NCBI GenBank assembly: GCA_038087875.1
Contig: CM075988.1
Span: 22,136,001 to 22,200,000, forward strand
DNA: 64,000 nt
Reading direction: 5' to 3'
From: Malacoraja senta
Lineage: Eukaryota
The position numbers and the translations under genes were made by a program. Numbering within the stretch: position 1 is the first letter of the stretch; every line of letters begins with the position of its first letter. Shown piece after piece: positions 50,183 to 63,275 of this stretch. The notes beneath the pieces were generated by a model that saw only the letters and a list, made by a program, of their open reading frames with translations, was not told the DNA's origin and did no database searches.

Positions 50183-50394
50183 GAGCGACGTTTCGGGTCG
50201 AGACCCTTCTTCAGATTGATGTCAGGGGAGGGGGCGGGACAACCCGCCCCCTCCCCTGACCTCAGTCTGAAGAAGGGTCTCGACCCGAAACGTCGCCCAT
50301 TCCTTTTCTCCAGAGATGCTGCCTCACCCGCTGAGTTGCTCCAGCATTTTGTGTCTACCTTCGATTTAAACCATCATCTGCAGTTCTTTCTTAC
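50183..50394 (+). mobile_element. PLE foldback element with two opposed hammerhead cores and 16-bp TSD
   Basis: Arms 50183-50238 and 50243-50298; acaaagaagcaggcat at 50167-50182 and 50395-50410. Confidence 0.9.
50267..50294 (+). ncRNA. Minimal type I hammerhead-ribozyme-like core
   Basis: CUGAAGA-A-GGGU(CUCG)ACCC-GAAAC-GUC; helix I only ~2 bp, activity unproven. Confidence 0.65.
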
Positions 50395-52571
50395 ACAAAG
50401 AAGCAGGCATAGCTGGGGCCCATAGCTGGGGAAATCGACTGATTCTCCCTCCGTTCAAGGAAGAACCGGAGGGCCTTGAGACTTTCCTGGTGGAGGGTTG
50501 AAGATGTAAATGAACCAGACATCCATGGTAATGAGGCATGTATGGTCTGGAAATCGTAAGCCATCGAAGGGGTTGAAGGGCAGGTGCGATATCTCAGAAG
50601 GTCAAGAGGGATAGGAAGGAATCAAGGTATGTGGAGATGCGTTCTGTGGGGCAGGAGCAGGCAGAAACAATGGGACTGCCAGGGCAGTCCTGTTTGTGGA
50701 TTTTGGGAAGGAGATAGAAGCCGGCAGTGTGGGTGCTAAGATTAGAGGATGTGGAGGTGATGAGACCACAACCATCCTTTTCACATCCTTCTGTAGGACT
50801 GTGTACGGAAATTGAGTTAATACTTAAAATGATTTTGAATGAGTGTTTTATAAAGTTTAAATATGGCAACCTGCCTTTGGTACTCTATGAATCATTTATA
50901 AAACCCTCTATTCTGCATGCTCATTCTTATATAGTCATTAATTATAATTAAATAACCAGCCTATTCAGACGATGTAAAATTTCTCTTTCAATTATGTTGA
51001 TCAAAGTCACTAATGAGGCTTTTGAATCCACTGAGGATCACAATTTTATCCAGCTCTTCCTAAAAATATGAATTGCAGCTAAACTTAGATTTGCACAGTC
51101 TAGCATTACACTTATTAGCAGCTCTAGAAAGTTACAGATTTGTATTTGATCCAGAAGTTCTTCAAATACTAAATTTTGCAAAAAAATTAATTTATTTTTG
51201 AATCAGTATGGTGCTGGAGGTTATATCGTTTAGCCTGTGCATTAATTAACATACATAACCTGACTGAATACCATTAACTATTTCTTGATTAGAAAGGGTG
51301 TCAACGGTTATGGGGAGAAGGCAGGAGAATGGGCAAGATAGATCAGCCATGAATGAATGAATGGTGGAGTAGACTCGATGGGCCGAATGGTCTAATTCTG
51401 CTCTTATGACTTAACCTATCAACCTGCACACATTGGTGGGAATCCTACACAATGATAATTGTGCAATGGAAGGAAATTATTAGCATTAAACATTACATGT
51501 TTATGCAAAATGGCCATACTGGGTCTTGGGTGTACAGAGCACCTTTTCAAAGCCTGCAGGTGACGGAAGGAACACTGTATTGCACTGTAATCTTGTAAAT
51601 AATGTACGGATTGTGATAATCCAAGGAGATTATAAAAAAGTTACAAGAATGGGTATTGATCAGCAGGTGGAATTAATGGAGTACTAGCTATAAATGCAGC
51701 TTAACAAACCTTTGCCCTAAAAACTAATTTTACATTTGTGAATGATTGTATTAAATACATTTTCAAATATATTGGATGTGGGAAAAATCTTTATATTCTA
51801 CTGAAAATTTTATATCATTTCAGCATCGACCTCTTCTATACTCCACTAATTGCACCATTCCGCACCACACTATTAACATGTTTGGAAGTGAAGTTCAAAC
51901 GACAACAGTAAACCTAGAACAATATTTAACTGTGCCTGGAATGCCTTTCTCCATTGCAACAAAAATAAAGGAAAAGCATAATTCATCCAAGATATTATGA
52001 GGAACCCAAAGTTCTCAGTACTAAATTATATGGACGTTTTATTCTTTAAGAAATAATTGCCAGATTGTACATGCTTCCTGGTTTAATTTGAAATACCATT
52101 CCATTGTTAATGGGTACTTTTACAAAATGTGTGAATTCACTCGATTGTAATAGATTACACATGCAACCTTTGATTAGTTGGGCCTCTGAATAGCCGGAAA
52201 TGTGTTACGAGTCTGGACACAAACACCTAATCTACTCCACACTGCAGGTTCTCGTTAAAGAATCTGATCTGACGCACACTTCAGAATTTACCTGTTTTTT
52301 ATATAAACAGAAATTGCTCTCCTAAATCTCTTTCCTCATCAAATAATAAGCAAATCTTACCACGGTATTGTGTGTAAACCTTTCAGAGCAGAGCAATCAG
52401 ACTTCGTCTCATTAAATTTACATCTGTCAAATATTTGAGACAAAATAAAGAGACATTTGTTGTCTTATACTTTCAATTCATGGCAAACCATTATTGACCA
52501 AAATGTTTCCACTAGGATGCAGTGAGAAACCCAGAGAGTCTGTGCTGAATTTTTCTTACACCATTTTTTGT

Positions 52572-52855
52572 GGTGGCAGTGGCGCAGTGGTAGAGTTGCT
52601 GCCTTACAGCGCCAGAGACCCGGGTTTGATCCTGACTACGGGAGTTTGTACGTTCTCCCTGTGACTGCATGGGTTTTCTCCGGGTGCTCCGGTTTCTTGC
52701 CACATTCCAAAGACGTACAGGTTTGCAGGTTAATTGGCTTTGAAAAAGTATGTAAATTGTCCCTCGTGTGTAGGATAGTGCTGGTGTACAGGGATCGCTG
52801 TACTCGGTTTACCGAAGGGCCTGTTCCCGTGCTGTATCTCTAAACTAAACTAAAA
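52572..52855 (+). mobile_element. HE1-type SINE
   Basis: Family consensus. Confidence 0.85.
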
Positions 52856-53214
52856 AAGCTGTTAGCTGAATGAAAACGTTGGAGTATTTGTTCAACAAAC
52901 ACAAGCTACCCCTCGCAAAGTGGCGATATCACCGACATACTCGTTACACAAGTAACAGTATGATACCATGATATGCCCACTGAAACTATTAGCATCAAAA
53001 CCTCCCTGGAACCATTTTACCAACAGACCAGCAGACCAACAAGATGACCAGAGATCAATGGGAGAGTATGTATCAATCAAATTATCACAGGTATGAATTA
53101 TGGATTAAAACTAGGAAGGTTCAGGGCAACCTTTGGCAGCTTGCAAGGGAACTGGGCACAGGGCTGATTGGTTTTTCAGATTTAGAGGAAGGGTGTAAAC
53201 TCTAGATACAAATC

Positions 53215-54000
53215 AAGTCGAGTTTACTGTCACAAGTACGGTGCGGTAAAGGCACAATGAAAATCTTGCTTACAGCAGCACCACAGGCAGAGACTCAGAC
53301 AACACACAAAAACAAATGACACATAAATTGTACAAGACCGCGAAAAAAAAATTGCGCAAAAATTAAAACATTTGTGCAAAAGCAGAATTAGAAATTCTGT
53401 CCACTACAAAGAAAGAGGTGGTCTTCAGTGTTCCATTGCAGAGATAGCATTAGGGTTCATAAGTTCATAAGTCACAGGAGCTAAATTCGGCCCTTCGGCC
53501 CATTAAGTCTACTCTGCCATTCAATCATGGCTGATCTATCATTCCCTCTGAACCCCGTTTTCCTGCCTTCTCCGCGTAACCCGAATGTTATTTAAAGATC
53601 CTGGTCGCTGCAGGAAAGTAGCTTTGCCTGAACTTGGAGGAATGGGACTTCTGAACCTCCTCCCCGACGGTGGTAGTGAGAAGAGACCGGATGGTGGGGG
53701 TCCTTGGTGAGACATGCCGTCTTCTTGAGACAGCCCCTCATGTAGATGCTTTCGATGGTGGGAGGGAACTTGTGCCCATGATGGACTGAGCCGTGTCCAT
53801 CTTGCGTTCCTGCATATTGGAACTGCCGTGCTGCCACCATGCCACAAAATCAGGATTATCTACTGGGCAACTGTAGAAGTTGATGAGCATCGTAGTGACA
53901 TGCTGAATCTCTAAACCTCGGAGAAAGTAGAGGCGTCGTCATGCCTTCCTCATGATTACATCTATGTCTGGAGCCAGGACAGCTCATCCGAGAAGTTAAC
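53215..54000 (-). mobile_element. Rex1/Babar-type LINE fragments interrupted by a CR1 tail
   Basis: PTIESIYMRGCLKKTACLTKDPHHP peptide; Rex-type tail at ~53215-53285. Confidence 0.65.
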
Positions 54001-55699
54001 TTCCAGGAATTTAACACTCCTAATTCTATTGCCCACCCACCAAAGAAAACGGGCATAGAGTCATAATAAAGTACAATCTTTCATAGACTGGTTAGCAAGC
54101 AACAAAAGTTTTTCACTGTACCTCGGTACACGTGACATCCTCGCAAACCTCTTTCCAGCTTGACAACATCTTTCCTAGAACATAGTGCCCAAAACTGAAC
54201 ACAATACTAATTAAATAGATCGTGTTGTTTTACATTTTACTCGCTCTTCCAGTTCAGATAAAGGATCATGGACTCGGATTCTCGAGTCACAAATGCTGCC
54301 TGCCCTGCTGAGTGTTTCCACCGTTTCCTGTTTCTATTTCAAATTTTCAGCATCTTTTGACTTTCAAGATTGTGAAGAGATTAGATAGGGGCAACCTCAC
54401 GATACATTCCAAATGATGGGTGTAACGATGGGTCAATGGATAAATCCATCATCAACTCTCACTTACCCTCATGTCCAATGTTTATAGTAATAAACAGATC
54501 ATTTATCATTTGGAGACTGACCACAAAGCTGACCTTCCAAGTGTGTCTGGTTTTCAAATGCAGCTGAAATATATAATGCAAGCTGCTTGGGAATGTCATA
54601 TTTTTGGATACGTTTCACATTCTATATAGTTTCAAGTAGTTTATAAAATTAAAGCTACGAGATAGACTTTGGCAATGTTGTAAGATATATGAGAAACAAA
54701 ATAGAAAATAGCATCTGAAGCTTTCAACCATACACTGGAGATCCCGGTAGAGGAAAGGAAAAGCACTTTGTAGCTAATTAAGTAATTTACGTCTAATCAC
54801 AGGAAATACAGCAGCTAATTTGCGCTAGAAATTTCTCTGAAATTATAAATGATACTAGGTTTTTTCTGTTGAGTAGGGAGATGAATAAAACAGAGAGGTC
54901 AGCTGAAGTTGATTCCCCACTCGAAGCATCAGGATGGTCGAACTGATGGTTAATTTTGTGAAATTCATTTTTAACCAAATCAGAGTAGTATTGATCAAGG
55001 ATCTCAAAATCCTAAACTGAAGCAATGGTCAGACAATGGTCTGTATCCTGAACACAATTAATTCATTCTAACCATTCGCTGAGTTCCTCCAGCACTGTGT
55101 GTTATGCTGGGAACTATCGTCCATTTAAACCAATGCAACCCAATCTTGGTACAGTGTGTTTGTCAGATATGCTGTTTCTCCAATTTCTCCATCACCACAG
55201 CATCTGATCCCATGAAATACTAGAAGGCTTCTGACCCAAAACGTCTCCTGTCCATTCCCTCCACATATGCTATGTGACCTCTCGAGTTCCTCTAGCACTT
55301 TGCATTTTGCTTAATATTCCAGCATCTGCAGTTGAGTTGTTTTCTCCATTTTCTACTAACTTCAAATCTCACCAGAGTTCCTTGAAATTCAAATGCTGCC
55401 TTGATGGCAAGGTTAGTCTTTTTCACTTAACTCCTCAAATTCTATTTTCTTATCTATGACTAGGTCTTGGCCTGTAGAGTCATAGAGGTATACAGAGTGG
55501 AAACAGGCCTTTAGGGCCAATCTTCTGCCAGGGGTGGTGGTAGAGGCAGATCCAATACGGGCATTTAAGAGGCTTTTAAATAAGCACATGGATATGAAGG
55601 GAATAGACGGACAAGGATCATGTGCAGGCAGAGATTAGTTTAATTTCAGCATGGATATTGAGGGCCAAAGGGCCTATTCCTGTGCTATACTGTTCTATG

Positions 55700-56304
55700 T
55701 TCATCCATGCCTTCATCTCCTCCCGACTGGACTACTGTAACTCTCTTCTTTTCGGAATCAATTCCAGCAGCATCAAACGACTCCAACTGGTCCAGAATGC
55801 AGCCGCCCGACTCATTACCCACACCAACTCCTGGCACCACATCACCCCAGTTCTCAAAGAACTTCACTGGCTTCCCATTTCCCACCGGATCACCTACAAA
55901 GTCCTGGTCCTCACCTACAAAGCCCTCAACAACCTGGCCCCCCCTTATCTCATTGACCTCCTCTCCCCCTACCAACCCTCACGGTCCCTCAGATCCACAT
56001 CAGCTGGTCTCCTCTCCACTCCGAATTCAAACCTCTGCACTTTTGGAGGCAGAGCCTTCTCCAGGGCAGCTCCCAGGCTCTGGAATTCCCTCCCACAACC
56101 GGTCCGAAATTCTGAGTCCCTCACCATCTTCCAGTCCCGCCTCAAGACCCATCTCTTCACCTCTGCATACCCTTAGTCCCATGTTCCCCTCCCCTCTGTC
56201 TTACTGTCTATTCTGTTTTGTTTATTCCTGACTCTCAATTGTAAAGCGACTTTGAGTCTTGAAAAGCGCTATATAAAATAAATCTATTATTATTATTATT
56301 ATTA
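55700..56304 (+). mobile_element. L2-clade LINE 3' end
   Basis: IHAFISSRLDYCNSLL...LQLVQNAAARL...HITPVLKELHWLP...RAFSRAAPRLWNSLP...LKTHLF; (tat)n tail. Confidence 0.92.
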
Positions 56305-56734
56305 TGTTCTGTATAATTACAAAATCAGGCTCATTACTCCATTGGGCTGAGCATAACGTTAAGATGTCACAAAAGTTATGAAGATTATTAAAGTTAACAA
56401 GTTGCAGTTGGGGGAATTGTGAATGACGGATGTCCAATTAGAGAACGATGGAAGGATTAACGACTAATCTTTTAATACAGTCATTATAAACGATATTAGA
56501 GTAAATCTGTAAAATCAAGTCTGCAACCTTATACATAGGTAATCATGCACTTTTAATCTGCTGACATCGGCCTACCACAACATTGAGGCAACATACTGAC
56601 AACCACAAAACCTCTATTCAATGTCTAGCAAACATCACTTTTCGTAAAAGAAATGTCACAGATCCTTAATTGTTACTTTAACCTTTAACTTATAAAGTGC
56701 CTCAACCCGTTATCAATGGTTGCTTTATTAGCAC

Positions 56735-57022
56735 GTTTTAGTGATACCGCGGAAACGGCCCTTCGGCCGACCGAGTCCGCACCGACCAGCGATCCCTGCA
56801 CATTAACACAAACCTACACACACTAGGGACAAATTACATTTATACCAAGCCAATTAACCTACAATCCTATACGTTTTTGGAGTGTGGGAAGTAGCCTAAG
56901 ATCTCTGAGAAAACCCACGCAATCACTGGGAGATACAAATTCTGAACAGACAGCACCCGTAGTCGGGATCGAACCCGGGTCTCTGTAAGGCAGCAACTCT
57001 AATGTTGCGCCACCGTGCCACC
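56735..57022 (-). mobile_element. HE1-type SINE
   Basis: Family consensus. Confidence 0.85.
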
Positions 57023-57553
57023 CAAGGTATAGTGAGATTCTTTTTTTACTCACAGATCAGTAAGATTATTGTCATATGCAAGTACAATCCACGGTTAAGT
57101 ACAGAATGCATGGGAAGAACCCACTGAGTCCATATGCAAGAGTCGCCAGGTTTTGGCACCATTTTCATAGTCCTAGCTGCAGCTGGCCATAAAGGCCCAT
57201 TAAAGCCATCGCCACTATCAGATCATCCCGCGAACCGTTGTCCTTCCCCTTGTTCTCCTTGCCCCATCACTGTTCAACCTTCGTGCCCAGGGGGGGGGGG
57301 GGGGGGGCACCTCCCGCCATCGACATCTAGGGCACGGAAGGTAATACCCCAGGTTCTCCTTACTGACCCTTGTCCAGCGTGCGCCGCTGTCGCCAACTAC
57401 CCTCCACCTCCTCTCCGGGAGTGAGCAGGGGCCGGGCTCGGTAGCTCCTTCTGCTGGTTCTGCCGGCGGGTTCAACAGGCCTGCTGTCGGGGTGTGGCTG
57501 TGGTTTGCAGGGCCACTTGCTCCACTCGGCTCGTATTGAAATGGTGATCAATA

Positions 57554-57638
57554 TTTAATTATTGATCAGATATTGATATCGATTAATATTAATTATTGAT
57601 CAGATATTGATATTGGTCAACATTAATTATTGATCAGA
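57554..57638. repeat. AT-rich 34-bp minisatellite, ~2.5 copies
   Basis: attaattattgatcagatattgatat... starting at 57554, 57588 and 57622. Confidence 0.85.
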
Positions 57639-57929
57639 GAACTGACATTCCTAAGAGCCTCTTTTCGGTACAGCACACTTTCCTGTACATGAATAGTATA
57701 TGTCTATATCTCATATCCGGATGCGCACCCATTTCTTCTTTCCCCCATCTCCTTTCACCTATATTTCTTCCTCAGGCTTCACATTCCACACCTCTTCGAT
57801 CCTTATCTGCTTTGACCACCTATTTGTCAATCAAATCACCCTCACCTGTATCCACCCATCACTTGCCAGGCTTCCTCCCACCCCTTCCTCTCTTCCAGCT
57901 TCCTCACCTACTACGATCAGTCTGAAGAC

Positions 57930-58192
57930 CCTGTTTGGATCCTTGACCATGGTGCTTATCTGTACAGAGTTTGTACGTTCTCCCTGTGACCTGCGTAGGT
58001 TTTCTCCGAGATGTTCGGTTTCCTCCCACACTCCAAAGATATCCAGGTTTGTCGATTAATTGGCTTGGTATAAATGTACAACAATTGTTCCTAGTGTGTG
58101 TAGGATAGTGGTAAAGTGTGGGGATCGCTGGTCGGCACGGATTGGTGGGCCGAAGGGCCTGTTTCCACGCTGTCTCTTTAAACTAAACTAAA
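57930..58192 (+). mobile_element. HE1-type SINE (5'-truncated)
   Basis: Family consensus. Confidence 0.82.
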
Positions 58193-58697
58193 GTTCCTTG
58201 TGTTCAGAGAAATTGCATCTGCACTCTGCTGTGAAAAATAAAATTAAGCAATGTGAAAGAGAACTATTAAATTGTATTAAATGTCTTTGTACTAAACTGC
58301 CCTGCTGCCGTGAAGTTCCCCTTCTCTCCAGCAATGCCACCAAAGTGTTATAATTTCAAGCACAATGTTTTGATTAAAAAAGTTGGGTCACAGCTATTTT
58401 ACTTTACAAATTGAGTGCTTTGTTATACCAAGCTTTCTTTGATTTTGACAGCTATCTAGTTTGCCTCAATATAACCGTGCTACATTTGAGTGTTAGTTGC
58501 ATCTGGAACAGGTCAGAAAGACAGGTTTCTAAGCCACAATAATCCTTACAATCTTCACGAGCATCCTAGATTTAAATACAAACCGTGGATAGGAATGGCA
58601 ACTATAATGATTGTAAATAACTTATAATTAACATTTAAAACCCGTTTAACCAAGGTACTTTAAAGGCACATTAAATTATTTTCCTTTACTTACAGGG

Positions 58698-59000
58698 GAG
58701 GCATGGTGGCGCAGTGGTAGAGTTGCTGCCATACAGCGCTCAGGGACCCGGGTTCGATCCTGACTACGGGTGTGTCTGTACGGAGTTTGCACATTCTCCC
58801 TGTGACCTGCATTGGTTTTCTCCGGGTGCTCCGGTTTTCTCCCACACTCCAAAGACGTTCAGATTTGTCGGTTAATTGGCTTGTTAAAATGGTAAATTGC
58901 CCCTAGTGTGTGTGTAGGATAGTGGGCGAGGATTGCTAGTCAGCATGGGCTTGGTGGGCCGAAGGGCCTGTTTCTGCGCTGTATCTCTAAACTAAACTAA
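58698..59000 (+). mobile_element. HE1-type SINE
   Basis: Full head-core-tail. Confidence 0.88.
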
Positions 59001-59400
59001 TGCTGTTGTGCAAGCAAATATGTTTGTATCATTCCAGTCTCCAGTATTAAGAATCACAATAACTTACTTCCTTTGGAGACTAGATTTTACTCTTTGATGT
59101 CCACAATGTGCATTTTTCTGCACGTCATTGTTTTGGGAACCATTTCCTCAATTTTTAAATATGACTGAGTTCAAGCTGAAATTGGCATTAAAAATATCCA
59201 TGATGGAAAATCTCTAAGTTGCTGTACTGGGAGATGTAATGCAACGCGTCTATATCAATCTAATTGTCCACTATATTCTAATACCACCGGAACCACATAA
59301 ATACAAACATTTGAATTAAAAGATGTCAACCACCCAATTATTCAAGCCTGCCTTGTCATTCAATAAGACCTAGTTTACTTCAACTCCAATTCCCCATGAA

Positions 59401-59708
59401 AGACAAAGTGCTGGAGCAACTCAGCAGGTCAGGCAGTATCTCTGGAGTAAAGGAATAGGTGACGTTTCAGGTCAGAACCCTTCTTCAGACTGAAAGATGA
59501 ATTGGGGGAAGGGGGTGGGGCGTAGAAAACTGGTGGTGAGAAAAGACCCCGCCCCTCCTCCAGCTCTATCTTTCAGTCTGAAGAAGGGTTCGAACCTGAA
59601 ACGTCACCTATTCCTTTCCCCCGTGGATGCTGCCTGACCCGCTGAGTTACTCCAGCATTTAGTGTCTATCTTCGGTATAAACCGGCATCTGCTGTTCCTT
59701 CCTACACA
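59401..59708. mobile_element. PLE foldback element with two intact hammerhead cores
   Basis: - core at 59461-59488, + core at 59578-59605; inverted arms. Confidence 0.85.
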
Positions 59709-61544
59709 TATCCAATTCCCCACGCCTGGTTAGATATCTCCCCTTTGCTTATCTAACTCAAGAATCTAACACGGCCTTAAAAATATTCAAAGACTATCTT
59801 CACTGTCCGTTGAGGAAGAGAAATTTTAATCCTCAGTTTCAGCCCTGCCTTAAACGAGCTACCCATTATTTTTAAAGTCCCTCCTTGGTCTAGATTCTCT
59901 CATCCTCATCATCCTATCTAGAGCTATCACTGGTCTGAACTCCAATAGATATGGGTTTAGTCTGTCCAACCTATCCTCTTAAGGTATCAGTCTACTCAAT
60001 CTCCTTCCAATGCATTCATGTACTTTAAAAAAAAGAGACCAACTCTATACATATTCCAGTTGCAGTTTCACCAATGTTCTATGTAACGGATACTGTATCA
60101 TTCTACCTTTGCCTTCAATTCCCCTTGCAATAAACAATAACATTCCATTAGCTTTTCTAGTTACTTGCAGTGTGCATGCGAGCCTTTCGTGAATCATGTC
60201 CTCAGACACCTCTGCCTATCAGCTCGGAAATGTCTTAATATTTAGATGATGCAAACTTTTTATTTTTCCCACCAATACGAACAATTTCATATTTTTCTGT
60301 TATTCTTCTTTTGCCAATACTTTGTGCACCCACTTAACGTACCTATATCCTTTCGTAACCTTCAGGTTTATGATTGTCACATGTATGGAGTATCAGAGAG
60401 ACCCGGGTATTGCCTCCAGCACCCTCAAGGTCGGCTGCAGGAGGCGTCCCCGGGACACAGAGGTGGTCGGGCGAGGGGAGGGATGTCGGGTCACGGACCT
60501 GCAGCAACCTGGGGCTTACCTGGATACCAGCACTTCTAACATGTGGACTTTGTACTTTTTCTTTGTAAACGGTGCCAAAATATAGCGACTGTGCATTTGT
60601 GGGTTGTGCAAAAAAAGTTTCTCTGTGCTGTGCATACGTGACACTCAAGAACATTTGAACCATTGGTCCCCCTCATTTACAGACGTTACAGAAGTTGGGA
60701 TCACAGCATTAATTCTTGTGGCCCAACAACTATTACATTTGCCAACCAGGAAAATATCCATTTATGCCTTCCATCTGTTTCCTGTGTCAGCCAATCTTCC
60801 ATCCACGACAATACCATGGGCTTTTATTTTCCACAGTAACCTTTGATGCAGTCGCTTCAAGTGCCTCTGGAATCATTCACTGGTTCACCTTTATCCAATG
60901 CGGATGTTACTTCTTTAAAGAATGTGAATAAATTGGTCAGGCAGGATTGCCCTTACATAACTGTTCGATGACTCTGTCTGAATACCATGAGGTTTTCCAA
61001 CCACCTTGCTTTAGCATTTTCATTAAAAACTTCAAAATATGTCAGTGGAGAGACAATAGTGTCAAAGAGAGAGACACAGCACGGAAACAGGCCCATCAGC
61101 CCACTGAATGCACTGATCATCAACCATCCATTTACACTAAATCCCATTACCTTAATTCTCTCCACATGCTCATCAACTTCCCCCAGATTCTATCACACTG
61201 CACACAAGATGCCAATTAACCTAATAATCTACATGTCTTGGGGATGTGGGAGGAAACCGGAGCACCTGGAGGAAATACCACACGACTACAGGGAGAAAAG
61301 CCTCGACACGATCACCCCGTTGCAGTTGTCCGAATTCCAGTGAGGATAAACCTAGCCTACACAATCTCTCCTACTAAATATAGTCCTCTATTCCAAGTGA
61401 ATCTCTTCTGCACTCTCTCTATTGCCAACACATCCTTCCTATCGGTGCCTTCACTTTGAGATTGTTAACTAATCCTGACTCATTGCACAATACATGTAAC
61501 CTGCGCTCATGCAGTCACACAGCCTTTGGCCCAGAGTCTACTTT

Positions 61545-61835
61545 CATTTAGTTTAGTTTAGGGAAACAGCGCGGAAACAGGCCCTTCGGCCCACTGAGTC
61601 CGTGCCCACCAGCGATCCCGGCACACTAACACTATCCAACCCACTAGGGACAATTTACAATTATACCAAGCCAATTAGCCTACAAATCTGTACATCTTTG
61701 GAGTGTTGGAGGAACGCCCAGAGAAAACCCACAAAAGTCACGGGGAAACGCACTAAATCCGTACTGACGAGCACCCGTAGTCAGGATCGATCTGCGCTGC
61801 AAGACAGAACTCTACCGCTGCATCACCGTGCCGGC
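61545..61835 (-). mobile_element. HE1-type SINE
   Basis: Family consensus. Confidence 0.8.
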
Positions 61836-62999
61836 CTACCAATGCAGTCCACACCAATCAACCACCCATGTGCAGTAAAACAATGTTATTCCCATTTTTA
61901 CTTTCATCAAATTCCCATCAATTTTCCCAGATTCTACAAGTCACACAGAGACAAGAGGCGATTTACAAAGAGCAATTAACCTACCAACCTGTGCATTTTG
62001 TGGGATGCGTGAGGTATTGTTTCAGTCTTAAATGTCTGCTGTAAGTCATAAGGTCATAATGAGTAGAATTAGGCCATTTGGCCCATTAAGACTACTCCGC
62101 CATTCAACCGTGGCTAATCTACCTCTCCCTCCTAACCCCATTCTCCTGCCTTCTCCCCATAACCTCTGAGACCTGGTGTAGTCCAAGTGTATAGGAGAGC
62201 AGGGATTACTGCTGTTTGGTAGACCATAGGTGTCATATTGGATATTTCTATCTTCAATTATCCATTCCTTCAACTGACCAAAGCCTGTGCTTGCACATTG
62301 AAGTTCATAGCAACATTCAAACTTATTGTCTGCCTTTGCTAAGAGGTGACTGTAAAGCCATAGTTCAAGGCCCACAAGATCAATGCAGGGAAATGGCAGT
62401 GATGTAAAAGGTTAGCCTGAAGTGGATAATATTGAATGGCAGAAACAGACACGAGGAGCCAAATTGCCTACATCTGCTTCCATTTCTTGTAATTCTGCAA
62501 GTGGAAATGGCACTCCAGCATGTATCCCTCAGGCACTCTACTTAATATATGCCTCAACCCAATCATCTTAATGAGAATCACAGTTTCCTTCCTGCTACTT
62601 CCTTCCCTTCGTATGATTTAGATGTTCAACTTCTGCAGCTGCCTTTCCTTATGAATCTTATCAAAGACTTCCTGAATATCTATGTTAATCAGTAGGGAAT
62701 AAGAATACTATATAAAAATCAGGCACAAATTGCTCAATATTTTTCTCGCCATTAACACAAGGGTTGGAAAAGTACCCCAAAAGCTACGTGCTTTTGAAAT
62801 TTATATTCTGGCTTCTACTGTGAAAAAATCTACAACTTGGGTGTTTGAAAGGAAGGTAGATCTCCTTACATCATGATTTCTTAGTTTATTTGCATTATTA
62901 CATCAAAATATTTGTGATCATAGTATCTACTTTTAATAAAGAGACAAATTTCCTTCTAATTATTAACATAATAGAAACAATTATCAATAAAAGGCTCCA

Positions 63000-63275
63000 C
63001 AGCAGCAGAGTTGCTGCCTGACAACGTCAGAGACCCAGGTTCAATTCTGACAATGGGTGCTGTCTGTATGGAATTTGTATATATTCCTTGTGACCGCGTA
63101 GGTTTCCTCCCACATCCCAAAGATGTGCAGGTTTATAGGTTAATTAGTTTCTCTAAATTGTCCCTAGTGTGTAGGATAGACTAGTGCACGGATGATTGCT
63201 GGTCATCGCTGACTCAGTGGGCCGAAGGGCCCGTTTCCACGTTGTACCTCCAAACTAAACATAAACTAAACTAAG
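63000..63275 (+). mobile_element. HE1-type SINE
   Basis: Family consensus. Confidence 0.8.

Larger units (their letters stand above)
49205..50780 (-). mobile_element. Decayed Penelope-like RT region containing two nested younger PLE terminal repeats
   Basis: FYLLPKIHK..PGSPIVSACSCPTERIS.YLDS; MGPSYAC.FVGYIEQ; LFLRYMNN (decayed YxDD); LKFTWTISD; PFLD. Confidence 0.85.

Noticed and set aside
57554..57638. CRISPR-like array
   Set aside because: The units are directly adjacent with no unique spacers, and the context is eukaryotic.
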